Both the position numbers and the translations under genes were made by a program. The notes below the pieces were generated by a model that was not told the origin of the DNA, did no database searches, and worked only from the letters and a program-made list of their open reading frames with translations. Source: Lama glama (lineage: Eukaryota). Taken from it: 64,000 nt of DNA. The stretch spans positions 50,904,001 through 50,968,000 of the forward strand of contig CM052816.1 in NCBI GenBank assembly GCA_028534125.1, read 5' to 3'. The first letter of the stretch is position 1, and every line of letters begins with the position of its first letter. Below are positions 24,106 through 36,709 of the stretch, in pieces.

Positions 24106-26224
24106 GTCCTGTGAAATTTTGCATAGCCAGCCCCCAACCCAGCATTTGCAGGGCCTGGGTAGGAATAGACATGGAGGTCCACCTATCACATGCCTAACTA
24201 TTTGATCTCCATTAATCAGACTAAGTAAGCTGTAAAATATTTTCTATTTTCTTATCTTGACAAATGTGCTTTCATAACTTGGAAAGCCTGATCCAAACAT
24301 ATACAAACATATACTTCTCTGCAGTGTTCCATGCCGGTGCTCAACTGCACAGGAAAAGGCTTCCCCTGACTCAGGGTCATTTTGCCTTCTCCTCTCATCC
24401 CTGGCTCCATCCAGTATGGTGGGTGTCTCATGGAGATACTCCAGCCCACAATCTCAACCTCTCCCCACATTCCCCCAAACAGCTACCTCTTACCTACCCC
24501 TCAGGCCCATCAGATACACACACGTCCTCAGAAGAATAGGCTCAGAGCCGAGGCCGTGCAGATGTGGAATTTCAGGATCTCAGGTGCCTAAAAGGTCACC
24601 TGGTCTAAAAGGGGGAGGGCAACATTCCGTGGATGAGTCTCTCCCCGTGGCTTTAACAAGCTTCCCACCTTGTGTGGAAGAACAGAACTAGGCTCTATAA
24701 CATGATTTGTACCTTATTCTAGTTTTCTACTTACTTATCTGTCTCTCTTATTACACTGCGAGCTATTTAAAGGGACTGTGTCCTTCTTAATACTACGTCT
24801 TTTCACTAATCCTCAAACTAGATTATCCCTATCTCAGAGTATATGAAGATTGTCCAAGAGAAATATAGGCACCTGGATCATCATTTCATGGGAATCAATC
24901 TGAAGGTTTTCAACTTTCCTAAGTATAATTTTCCCTAAAACTGATTTCCTGAGAATTCACTTGTATTATTCATTTTTCCTTCCACAGATGCCATTCTCTC
25001 TTCACCACATGAAAATAAACCTCTCCCTCCATCCCAAGCCTTAGTATCATCCATTACCCCCAAGGAAAGGTGGTGCATTACTCCAGGGAGCAAAGCAGTG
25101 TTCAATTTCTGCAGTATAAATGCTCCCACAATTTCAAGCTACCACCATGTGGGCTGATTACAAGCTCAAATGTGATGTCACTGAGGTCAGATTTGGGAAA
25201 AGATGAGCATAATTAACTCTTCCAAGTTAGCACACCACTGTACTATGACCACAAAAAAGTTTTCATAGTCACTCGAGTACTCCAGGACACAAAATAAGGA
25301 GGGCAGAGATTCTTTGCATCCCTACTCATGAACCCTAAGCAATTTACTTGAACTTTCTGTGTTTCTTCAACAGTATATACATTCTGTTTAATATTTATTT
25401 TGCAGTATGATTTTATAGAATTACAAGGTTAAGTATGTGAAAATGCTTACACAATAGCTGACACAGGGAATTAGTAAACGTCAGTGGCCTTGTACTTCTG
25501 TCTTCTCCCCTTCAGGTGGCTGCCTACAATGCTGGACAAAGTTGATCATGAAAAAGAATGTCCTCCATTCCCTCCCCTTCTCTCCTGTCCTTCCCTCTTC
25601 CTCACTCCCCTGCCCAACTGTCCCACCCTGAGCACAAGTCCCTAGGCCTTTCTGCTGAGTCCTGACAACCTGTGGTATCCATTCCATGGTATTCCCCAAA
25701 GGGCCCAGCCTTCACAAATTCCTACCTTCTTCCCCCCAGCCAAAGGTCTGACATTCTGTCACCATTTCTTCAGTATAACTATGTGGTTATGAGATGTTGT
25801 AAAAGGTAAGATCATTCCTTGTCATTCATTAAGGCATGATGGCATGGGTGCAGACACACAAGTTGGACATGCACACACCCTAATTTCTTTTCTGGCTTTC
25901 AGAAAATGCAATCTTGTTGCATGAGAGGAAAATGCAAGATGAGACACAGGACTTCCCTTAAGTAATGAAACAAGATGTTAATGGCAAAATGCTGTAATAT
26001 AATCTGTGGCACTGATTTACTACTGAGCCACAGATTGGCAAAATTAGAGAGCTATGTGTAAAACAAGTTGATAATAAATTTGGAAATGGGTTATAGATTT
26101 TATAAATCAAAGTTTAAGTTATATCAGTGCCCTGAGATTTTTAACTTTTCTTCTAGATTAGTTGACATTTGGCCCTCTCAAATTGGACACAAACTTTTCC
26201 CCCACAGCACTGTAAACTGGAGAA

Positions 26225-26670
26225 AGACAAATCCTTTCATCACTGCTTACTAGCTATATAAATTTAGGCAAGCTTTTTAATCTCTCTAAAGCCTCAATTT
26301 TCTATTCTAAATCGTAATATGTAAAATAGAGGTAATGATAGTACTTACAATAAAAGCTAATGTTTATCAGCTGTCAGGCACTATTCAAAGGCCTTTACAC
26401 AAATTAAGTCATTTATTCTCATAATAAATTCAGTGCGGTAGGTGACCGTTATTAACCTCATTTTGTAGATGAAGAAATTCAGTCACTGAAAGCTTGGGCA
26501 ACTTTACCAAGATCACACTATTGGTAAGTAACAGAGCCAGAATTTTAACACAAACTTTCTATCTCCAGAAACAACTTTATTATTAAGCCATTACTGCCTC
26601 TCCTAAGCTTACTGAAAGTTTCCAAAGGAGTAAATGAGCTAATCCATAAAAGTATTTAGCCCCATGCCTC
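26225..26670 (+). mobile_element. MIR SINE split by a nested antisense MIR
   Basis: Plus-strand core ends gtaaaatagaggtaatgatagtactta (26347) and resumes ...ggagtaaatgagctaatccataaaagtatttagc (26608-26669). Confidence 0.7.
26348..26602 (-). mobile_element. Near full-length MIR SINE (nested)
   Basis: agctaatgtttat...tgtcaggcact...tcatttattctcataa...cattttgtagatgaagaaat...ccaagatcacac...cagagccagaattt. Confidence 0.85.
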
Positions 26671-27644
26671 TCACCCTATTCTCCAGGGTTTCCACTTTGC
26701 AAAACTCTAAAGGAATATCATTTACAGTGTGTTTTCTGGAGCACCCTACACATAAAAGGGAAATCCAAAATGGTGCTGTACAAAGTGGCTACCCAACTGC
26801 TCTCCCAGACAATGAGTGATGATGATTTCATCAGATAACATACTCTGTCATTGTGTTTGCTGAAGTGTCATCCCTCCTCATAAAGGCATGTTACATGTGT
26901 AAACCACTTGGAAGAGCTTTTAAGGAAATATGCAACCAGGATAGGAAAACTGGGTTCAGGATACCGTTAATAAGTGATATCCAAGAACCAGAGAGTGGCT
27001 TCCCAAGCTTATCAAATAGTATCCTGCCTCAGAGCAACACAATGAACTCATAGGAGCTCTGGGAGATATTTTGCATTATGAGGAAAACCACGATCCTCTC
27101 CACCTAGGGAACACTGCGTGACCTACTAACCCAAGGTAGCCCACACTCAACGTTAGATCATACTCCATTCCTTTCGATGACATTCAATCGATCTGTGTGA
27201 AGATGGATTTTCCACAGATGGATTTTTTTTGATAAAAAGCAAATACTGCAGGAAAAATCAATGTAGAACAGGAAATGAGAGTGGTAATATCTAATCTGAT
27301 TTCAAAGTTTGAGAAATTTAGCAGTGCCCATCATGCACTGGTAAAAAATTTTGGGTTAAAAATGAAAAAATTTTTTCTTTTAATGTGTATGTATTATCTT
27401 TTCAGGCAGCCACTAAATTGTTTGGACACAAATACATATTAAATAATGTGGACTAACTACGTAATAAGTAGAAGGTTCAGTACCCACATTTCCATCATGA
27501 GTCATCCCCAAGGTACACCTGGACATCCTCCCTATGTCAGTGAGTATTTCTTTTGGCTGGAGAATCCCATGAAAAATGACCGAGATGCTGAGGGTTCCGT
27601 GAACTGAGAAAGTTTGGGACTCTCTAGTATAATCCCTTTACCTG

Positions 27645-27836
27645 TCTCATCTTTTATAATCCTTACAGTAACCTAAAGAGTCAAGTGCCATCAACGTTCT
27701 TACTTCACATACATGTGAACCAAGGACCTGAGTAGGACTGGGACTAGACTGAGATCACAAATGTCCAAGCAGCAGATCCAGGGTTCAAACCTAGCCTTCT
27801 GACTCTGAACCATGACACTTAATCACTATACCACAC
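27645..27836 (-). mobile_element. MIR SINE
   Basis: taatccttacagtaaccta...gatcaca...gcagatccagggttcaaacctagccttctgactctgaa...cttaatcactatac. Confidence 0.7.
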
Positions 27837-28689
27837 CTAAGGCCAAATACACAGGTCATTTTGTCCAGACAGACCTCTGGGCCAAGCTGACTACTTCCTC
27901 ATAGTGCTGAACCTGACCCTCAAAGAACAGCCAGCTTATGTTTTCCATGCATCTTGTCACAGGACATACTAGCTTAGGTTCTCAAAGCTATTTGCTCAAA
28001 TAACCATTTTGCTGAAATCGTGGACTGCAAACTCCTGAAAACTGTATGTGTGTGTTTTCCAGATGAAAGTCACCTCGTATCCAAGCAGAAAAAGACAATC
28101 GGAAACTGTCTAAAGTGGCAGCTTGAGTTCATCAACCCTATCAACTTGCTCAACAAACATTCCCTGTCTGAAGAAGTCTATGGAAATCCTAGATAAAAAC
28201 AGTAGAATTGGGTCAACTTTTCCAAAAGAAACATGACTCAGCCATTTTTGACATGTCTTTAAAATATGAAATACAGTCAAGCTACTGCAAGCTAATGTAG
28301 AGTGGGATCTATGGTCTAATAGCTGAAGCAGGGGCAGCAACCTGGGGCATGTGACTTGAAATTGGGCTTCTGCCAAACTTGGAGGATCCTGGAGAGATAG
28401 ACCCAGCTTTAAGGTCCTCTTGTGGTCTTAAGGTAAAAGGGCTCCTTGCTATTCTCTGTCTGGGTCCCTGCAGTAACAGGTAACCTGCTCTAGAGGGTAG
28501 CAAAAGTGGTCCTAACACTAAGGAACTACCATTGATGAGCTGACACCACCCCATTATTTCCACCATCATCATCCCTGTTTAACTCTCCCTATTTAACTGT
28601 TTGCTTCGATCTCAGCCAAACATGCCAGTGTCCTTCTTGGACAGTCTTTAACTGCCGGTGTGCAAGAGCCAAGAGTAGAATGCAAGTGT

Positions 28690-28945
28690 GACAAATTACT
28701 CTCAGAGTGAAACTGCAAAGCTATCTAAAGACCTAAAACTGTATGAAGCCTTTGAAGGTGGTGTTATAGAAACATTCACATACTATTTAAGGCATTGACA
28801 AATGAGGATCTGCTAACCTGGTTAGCAACTGAAGAGAAAAATCAACAAGGGTTAAAGGGAGAAAAGCTTTCAAAAGAGAATTGTTTGAATATAAAAAGAC
28901 TGAGAGGCTCCTAAGAAAACTGATGAAGTGTCAAAGATGTTTTCT
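28690..28945 (+). mobile_element. Possible ancient Tigger transposase C-terminal remnant
   Basis: ttgacaaatgaggatctg (LTNEDL-like) and ttgaatataaaaagactgagag...ctgatgaag resemble decayed Tigger coding sequence. Confidence 0.35.
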
Positions 28946-29391
28946 TTTTCTTTCTCTCTCTCTCTCTCTTTTTTTTTGGCCAAAATGTCTGTACTAGTCA
29001 TTATGCCAAAGTTAACATAAAATGTGTCATTTTTTTCACAAATTTAATCACGTATTATGCAAGAAATTCAACATAATATTTGTCCTAATAGTATACAGTT
29101 GCAGCTATGCCTAAATTTTATTTGATACAATTAAAATTGACTGATTTTCACAATTTTAGGTGGATTTTCTTTAAGGGGAATCCTAATCAAACTTTTTTTT
29201 TTTTACCTTTCCTGTGAAATTTTGGTTCTGTATGAAATGGATCAATATAGGTGTCATTTTCCCACCACTAATTTTCAGATATTAACATTAAGACCACCAG
29301 GTAACACCTTATCCAATCACTTTGAGAACCTTATCCACTAAGCCCTATAAAAAACAACTTTTCCTTTTCTCTCTGAAGCTGTGATGCCCAC

Positions 29392-29834
29392 TGTATTAGT
29401 AGGGTTCTCCAGAGAAAGAGAACCAATAGGATGTGTATATGCAGAAGAGATTTATTTTAAAGAATTGGCTCATGCAATTGTGGAGGCTTGGCAAGTCTAA
29501 AATCTGATAGAGAAGGCTGGCAGGCTGGACACTTAGGAAAAGCTGCAGTTTGTGACCAGGAAAGGCAGGTGGTGCACATGAAATCTGTACAGCAGCTGCC
29601 AGAGTGCTCCCTCTTGCTCAGGGAAGAACTCAAGTCAGTGTTTGTTCTATTCAGGTGTTTCACTGGGTGGATGAGGCCCACCCACATTAAGGACAACCTG
29701 CTTTACTCAAATCCCACTGATTTAAATGCAAATTTCACCTAAAGACCTCCTCGCAGAAAAATCCAGAATAACGTTTGATCAAATATCTGGATACTGTGAT
29801 CCAGACAACTTGACACATAGAATTAACCGTCACA
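29392..29834 (-). mobile_element. MLT2 (ERVL) solo LTR
   Basis: tgtattagtagggttctccagagaaa...gaattggctcatgcaattgtggaggc...atgaggcccacccacatt...ttgacacatagaattaaccgtcaca, with intact TG/CA termini. Confidence 0.92.
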
Positions 29835-30064
29835 TCTGCTATGAACTAGACATGACTAGGAGACAAGACCAAATTGAGAGAGGGTCCTAAGTAGAGAGGG
29901 GCATGCAAAGAAGTTCTGAGAACCAGATCCAGGAATAGTGCCTTCCCCATGATGATGCTTCCCGGCCAACACACGATGGTAGGTAGAAGAGCAAGAGATT
30001 GTTAACAATGTCATGAGGCAGGCTATTGTTGGCTAAAAATAGAAAAGTGCAGAGCAGTAGACAG

Positions 30065-30985
30065 CCAGTGCATCACACATCTCTCGAGCACCACTTCAAA
30101 GTCCTCCCCGTCCACCCTACCTCTTATTCCAGCTGCTACTATGGTGATGTAAAATAGTTTGTTTTATGGCAAGGAAAGGAAAATTTAAAGACAAACTTTC
30201 TCTGCCCTTTGGCCTCCTCTTCACCCGCCTCTCCTGTGCATCATATATCTGCATTATTTATCCACCAAACCTCCCCTATCAACAGAAATACCTGCTCAAC
30301 CTTAAAGAGCGACATTCTCCCAGCATCAACAAGACAACTTCTTAAAAGATAACACACCTTCTTGATCTTGTAAGAGGTCACGATGACACTTAGATATGGG
30401 TTGTATAAACTGTCAATAATGTGTCATTTAATGTACAGCCCTCTGTCTCAAAAAAACTTAACTGTCTTGACTTCTAGTGGATGGAACAGTTCTCAGAGCT
30501 TTCTGAGATGCTCTTCCCAGGTTATAATCCTGAAGTTTGGCTCAAATAAAATTTCCCATTTCTTTCTTAGGTTGACTAATTTTTCATCACCAGTGACCAG
30601 GGCAGCAGAGTCTTTGATCAGCTCTGACAGGGACAACTGGACTTCTCAAGCCTGCACAGCATACATCTCCTTCCTGCCTGGGATTTCTGTGACATCCCAG
30701 GTGGGCTACCCAAGAAAACCTCCTGAAAACTCAGCATGTGCACATCAGAAATGAGGGAAAACTCATGCTCCTGGGACCAGCCTTGGTCAGTGGAGAATGA
30801 GTTCCTAGACATGTTTCCTAAGGGTCCCTAGAAGGAAGAGCCACCTGTGGCAGTAGTCAACTTCATTAAAAATTTCCTTCTTTGTGATTTCACTCCCCCT
30901 TCCCTGCACTCTTGCTCCTTATGATGGCATTCCCAGGTAAACCACCTGCCCTGTAGTTCTGCATCTCAGGCTCTGTTCTTGTATC
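30065..30985 (+). mobile_element. LTR16-like ERVL LTR, split by a nested LTR
   Basis: ttccagctgctactatggtga | ccag...cagctctg...ggattt...ctcagcatgtgcac...cccaggtaaaccacctgcc...tctcaggctctgtt. Confidence 0.6.
30148..30592 (+). mobile_element. ERV1-class solo LTR (MER34-like), 445 bp
   Basis: TGT...CA termini, perfect 4-bp TSD gtga (30144-30147 and 30593-30596), AATAAA at 30545-30550, ggaacagttctcagagctttctgagatgct motif. Confidence 0.82.
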
Positions 30986-32539
30986 TAAATCAGAAGGTGA
31001 AAATCTTTCCTCTGCATTTGTAAAAGGATTTAAGTTAAGCATTAGGGTCTACTGATTACCAAATACTAGATTGTATGTTATTTTAACCTATGCCACAAAA
31101 AACCATAATTGAACAAGGAGTATGTGGAGAAGCTGGTAAAACTGAAATATGAGTAAGTTCAAAAGTCTATGAAAAACAGCAGATACAGTTCATTTCCTAA
31201 GTTTCTCAGTTCTCCTAGCCTGAATAGCTGATCTCACAGTCCCCATTTAATTGCTCATGTTTACCCTGCTACACTCTTGCCATTATTTCTGAACTACATT
31301 GGTCCCTTCTGGCTTTTTATCTGACCAAATAGCTCCTTTGACTTAAGAGATTCCCAGCAACCCAATGATGCTCCTAATTATTAACTGGTTGTTGTAAGCC
31401 TTATCAGAAACAGCTTACTTTTTATTTCTACAATCCCTTAAGAGATATTATTTATTAAGGACTCAGAAAAATATATTTTAAAACACGTTTAAGGCTTGGA
31501 AGATAAAGAATAGTCTAAAAATAGCATAACTAGCTAAAGAACCAAAGATCATTCCAAGTTCATGCATTCATTTGATACCGTGCCAGCCACCATGCAAGCA
31601 AACAGGAGAGGACCTGGAATCCTCTCAGGAACCCAGGAAAAACTGAAAGGCCTTCCATTCTAACATGTTTGTTTCTGAAGTGCCAAGCATAAAACCCAAT
31701 TGCCTGACCACAGGGGACAGTAGTTGCCTCTGCCTGACCGTTCCCTAGGCCAAGGAACTGGCTCTGAGGCAGGCATGTGACATGCTGACCGATCAGAGCA
31801 TCTCCTCAGGGTTTTTAGTTTGAAGGGAAAGGAGAGGGGTCTTGACTTTTGTGTCACAGGGTTGGGAGAGTGAGGCAGGGCCTGACAGTGGCCTTCTTCC
31901 CTGCCACGTGGAGAAAATTTGTACACAGTGAGAGAACATGAACCTACAGAGTCAGGCAGGAGTGAGAGATGGACAGGTAGGCAGCTGTCATATTTCCAAA
32001 TATCTGCACCTTTCATGCCTGAGGCCTATTCTACTCATTTCAGGAACATCAGTTTAAAATTCCATTTAATCATTCTGCTAAAACGGGCTTTTTGTCACTG
32101 TCGGTTGGAAGCGCCCTTGCGGTGTCCTATGAGAAAGGTCAATTGAGGAACATCTTTTCTCTGCTCTTCCGTTTTTTGTGAGGGGGTTGTTTTTATCCTA
32201 AACACTCCTGGCCCCTGCCTGTGCCTTTATTCACTTCATCTTGGAGAATGTTTATTAATTCATCCAACTGGTAAATTTGAGAAGAGTGAACAGGCCCCAC
32301 TTAGCTCAGCTGCTTTCTTTGGTCTTCCTGGAGGCAAGCTAACTGCAGTGAGGGGAGTTCTCTCTCACCTCCTGGCTGCAAGTTTTCCCAAAAATGAACT
32401 CTATGGTGAGGCCCGATTGGTCCAGGCCTGCCAGGAATTGCAGGAGATAGGGGTAAAATATTCTGAATTCTAGAGATTAGTAACAGCAGGCCCACTTTCC
32501 TACCAAGAGAACCATGTTCTTTAGCCTGCTCTTTGAAGT

Positions 32540-32772
32540 AATAATAGCAGTAGTAATACCAGGCCCTTGTTTTTCCCTCAGTACTTTAAGTATTTAATCC
32601 TCACAGCAACCTTTTGTGGCAGGTATACTCTTGTTATCCTGGTTTGATGTTTAAGTATATGAGACATCAACAGTGTAAGCGACTTTCCCTAGATGACACC
32701 ATTAGAAAGTAGCAGACCTGGGACTCAAATGCAGATCCTGGGATCTAGAGTCCATGATCTAACCACTATTCC
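32540..32772 (-). mobile_element. MIR SINE
   Basis: atttaatcctcacagcaacc...gcaggta...gactttccctagatgacac...gacctgggactcaaa...tctaaccactat. Confidence 0.7.
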
Positions 32773-34343
32773 ACGGATCACATGAGATGTACTAACAGAG
32801 ATGCATTTGCCGTACTCTTTTTGCCTTTATCTGCCTTCTTCTTTTGTCTTAATTCTCAGTTTATCCAAAGGAAACTCTTAATGGGGTCCCTTTAAAAAAA
32901 AAAAAAACCTGAACACTGATTTAATCACGTTTTGGGATGATTTCTACATGCAAGCTATACCTAAAGAGCTATGCCCAATACTGTGCCCAATACTAAAGTT
33001 CGGTGAATACTGATCAGCCATCAATTTAATGTTGATCCTATTTATAGCAGAGTAAACCTACATGAGCCAGGAAAATTCAACTTCACAGGCCACAAACTCT
33101 TTTCTCTTGGTCAACAACAACAATAAAAATCAACTCTGCAATTTTCTTTAGTGGGCTTTATGTTTCACTACTGATTTTTATGATGCCTATCATAAAGTTT
33201 TGATGATTTCAACATACACGGTGTGATATTACACACGTACCAGTTAGGTGAGCTTCATTCTGAAAGAGTCAGTTGCTCTAATGGAGGATGAACAGTCCAG
33301 AAAGGGCCAGTTAGGAAAACATGAAAACGCCTAACTCCAGAGGCAGCTACCACAAGGGCTTCACCAGCTAATCGAACCTCCATCCACACCACAGGAGATG
33401 ATAATGAACATAGCAAACATTAAAAAACAAGTTCCACCTGGTGGAAAGAGTAGCCTGTTTTCTAGTATGACTATTAGAAATGACCTTCTCTTGAAGAAAG
33501 TAAAGATGTATCAATTGGCTACAACAGTTTAAAACAGGATATGAGAAACAAGCACCAGCCTATAGCCTCTATCTTTAGAGACGGATCCTGGGGCTTCATC
33601 TCTTAACAATCTGACATCCCAACATTTTATTAGGAGGATTTCTGTCTGACTGATGGCAATGGTAAGAATGCTGCCTCTGGAATGCTGTTATAGCCATTAC
33701 ACTGTATGGTTTTGGTCAGGACATTTAGAAGAACATGGACCTGGAAATTAATCAAGCCTTCAGAACAGGTTTACAAAATGGTTTATGTCAGCTTGTTAAA
33801 GAATGTTGACTTAATATCTTACATGTGGCAAAACCTAGTTTGCCTTAATTATAACCTGGTAACAAGGTTTTAGGGATATAGCTAACCTATACCCATAGCT
33901 GGCTACCATCATCTACCAAAACGAACTTAAGAACTGTGTACCATCAAATTGATTTAGGTCAGCTGTAATACAGATAATGGAAGAAAATGGGAATTTTCTA
34001 TGTTCCTCAAATGAATCTAATTTGTAAAGTATCTGTAAATCTCTGAAAGCACAAACACCAATATGAAGTGGCTACAGTAGATTTCCCTCCCTCACCTGAG
34101 AAAGATGTATGACCCAGTACATAAGTTTGTCTTCTTCCCTTAGAGACTTTACTGAACCTCTGTTAAAAACAATTGTCCTAAAATGTAGTCTTTTGCCAAG
34201 GCCTCTAGAACATAAGACATCCTAAAATATCTTGAAGAGTTCCAATAAAGGAATAGTTGATAAACTCTCTAATTCAAAACTGTGTTCAAATGGAATCCTT
34301 GTAGACCTGTGACAGTATATACTCCAGTAGTAACAACTCCATG

Positions 34344-34595
34344 ATATTGCTGACTTTGAAGATGGAGGAAGAAGTCATGAGCCAAGAAATATAGGCAGAT
34401 TTTAGAAGCTAGAAAAGACTTGGAAATGGATTCTCTGCTAGAATTTCCAAAAGGAATGTAGACTCACTGTGATTTTAGCCGTAGGAGACCTATTTTAAGG
34501 TTTTGACCTCCAGAACTATAAATTAATGCATTTATGTTGTTCTAAGCCACTAAGTTTTTGGTAACTTGTTATAGCAGCAATAGCAAACTAATACA
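34344..34595 (+). mobile_element. MLT1D-like MaLR LTR, 3' part
   Basis: ttgctgactttgaagatggaggaag...gagccaagaaat...ggattctctgctagaa...tgacctccagaactata...ttgttatagcagcaatagcaaactaataca. Confidence 0.88.
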
Positions 34596-34669
34596 CATAA
34601 GTGGAAAGAAATAAGGAAATTTAAGACCACCCACTCCCAATAGCTATGCCCTACATTTTCTTTACAGCT

Positions 34670-34895
34670 TTGTGACCACCAAAACTGACATCACCCTGGC
34701 TCCATTGCCTCTGGCTTCTGGGCTATCAGACACTAAGAAGAGAAAGGTGTCGGGATATTTCTTCCCTTACTCTTTCTGCTTCAGTGCCATGATCCTTGCA
34801 GTAGCTGTACCCGCCTAGACCCTAGTTAATGTGAGGAGCTCTCATCCACAGTGAAGCCAACCAAGCTCTGGTTACACTATTTTCTCTCTGTGTCA
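34670..34895. mobile_element. LTR33-like ERVL LTR fragment
   Basis: ggctccattgcctctggcttctgg...gggatatttcttccc...gcagtagctgt...gctctggttacactatt. Confidence 0.45.
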
Positions 34896-35619
34896 CCTGG
34901 TAAATTTTACCTCGTAATATTTGAAACATCTGAAGTCATTTGAAGGGTCAGTGATGAATCTGTAGGTGATCTCAAATTCTGAAGCCCTGCCCTATTTCTA
35001 GCATTACCTAAGATCCTTTCTCCAAAGAAAAATTGAGCCCTTTCTGGAAAAGGCTACAACCTTATATCAATTTGGGGCAATTCCCAGCTGTCTGGTTAGG
35101 TTTAGGGCACCACAACAGTTAATATTAGATCTCTTCTCTTGTTTCTGTCTTTTAAAAAGTTAGCTTAACACTCCCACTAGTAAAACTTCACATGCCGCAG
35201 AAATAAAAATAAGAGGGATCATGCCTTCTTTATTGCCAACAGAATACCAGAGGAGGTTTTGCTTAAGAGCAACTAATGTGAACGTGAGAATTATCAAAAA
35301 AAGCCCTACTGCTTTAAAAATTCTTTTTAAAAGTATTTTCTTGCTGTTCTGAAACTGTTAAGTTTTTTTGGCATAAAATGCAATGTTTTGGTTAATCTTC
35401 ACTACATAAGTGTTCACAATGGAACTAACAGAAAAGGCACTTAGTTGTGTATTTTATTAAACCAATTAAAGGATTTATGGAGAGAAGAAATCAAGTTAAC
35501 TACCCTAGAAAAGAAAAAGAAAAACAGTCTTTTGTACTTGAGCCAGCGCCTGCATAGTTTCACAGGTGCCCCACACACGTGATGTCATTTTGTTTGGGGC
35601 AAACTCTCTCCCACAAAGA

Positions 35620-35967
35620 CAAATGAAAGAACTTCTTTTAAAATAACCCTTGCACCTCACACAGATGGTCACATCTAAAATAAACCTCCAGACTGCACCT
35701 CAGAGTTTTCTCAAGAAACGTTCTTTTAGGGCTGCCAAAGGGCAAGAAAGTGATGCTGAATGTGCTGACTGCTCTATTGAAGAAAAATGAAAAATACAGT
35801 TTTTCTGTTCTGATTAGAATAAAAGTCATGGTCCCTGACTAGTACTTTTATCTACACGAAGATGTCTTTTCTTGGAGTTCAGGTCTTTTGAGCATGAGCC
35901 ATCCCCCAACCCTACCTTACCCCATTTTTCTTGCTTGACTCTTGTGATAAACTTTTCTCTGCTCAAA
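35620..35967 (+). mobile_element. Possible ERV1-like LTR fragment
   Basis: ttggagttcaggtcttttgagcatgagc...cttcttgcttga-like segment, then gataaacttttct; LTR R/U5-like layout, but no termini or TSD identified. Confidence 0.3.
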
Positions 35968-36039
35968 GAAGAAAAAAGCCTTTTTTGGCTTTTTAAAAAT
36001 TAGTCTTTGATAGTACAGATTCAGTAATGTTCTTTTCTT

Positions 36040-36709
36040 TGCTGCCCTTTGATTTAGTCTTCAGGGTCATCATATCCTATAGCTATCTCCAAAACTCTGT
36101 GGATCAGTGTCCTGTAATTACTTCTCTAGTCTTGCCACTCATCACAACACTTGGGTCCCCCCAAAGTTTCCCCCTACCCTGCCTCTGGCTTTGAGGCCCT
36201 ACCATAGCAGATCTGCCTTCTGCTCTGGCTGGGCACCTAACCCACCCTGGAGCTCTACTACTGTCATGGCTGGGTGGGGCATTCTCAGTATTTCTCCTGT
36301 AGGGGGCAAGCACTGCTTTACAGGATACCAAGGAGGCACCCCCAGCTTTCCTACTTAACTTTTAATTGTCAACTAAATCTTCTAAGCTTTTTGTTATTTT
36401 TTCCCCAGCGCATCAATTGAGGCTAACAATGGCCATCCAATTCCATTTTCCTTATAGTTAGGATTTTCCCACATTTCTCAAATGCTAGAAACACCTCATG
36501 AACTAATACATTTTCTTCCAGTGGTATACCATTCCAGTTTGTCTCTAGAGAAAATTCTAACAATTGCACTGTTTGCTATCATATTCCAGGCACTATTTGT
36601 GCTTCGACTTCCATCAGTTTTGGAGTCTCCAGGACCAACTGAAGATGGGTGAAATAGCTTCAAAAATCCCATCCCCACACTTGCTTTCTTGGGCCACTCT
36701 GGGACCATC
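36040..36709 (-). mobile_element. ERVL (ERV3-16A3-like) internal fragment: PBS plus decayed gag N-terminus
   Basis: Minus strand reads TGGTCCCAGAGTGG (36707-36694) right after the LTR, then ATG at 36672 giving MGFLKLFH...STNSAW, like an ERVL gag start. Confidence 0.65.

Noticed and set aside
24120..24630. Possible ancient hAT-type DNA transposon fragments
   Set aside because: Resemblance is vague, and I could not identify TIRs or a TSD.
28050..28215. Plus-strand acceptor ttttccag followed by a short open frame
   Set aside because: All frames stop within about 135 nt, there is no good donor, and the peptide is unrecognised.
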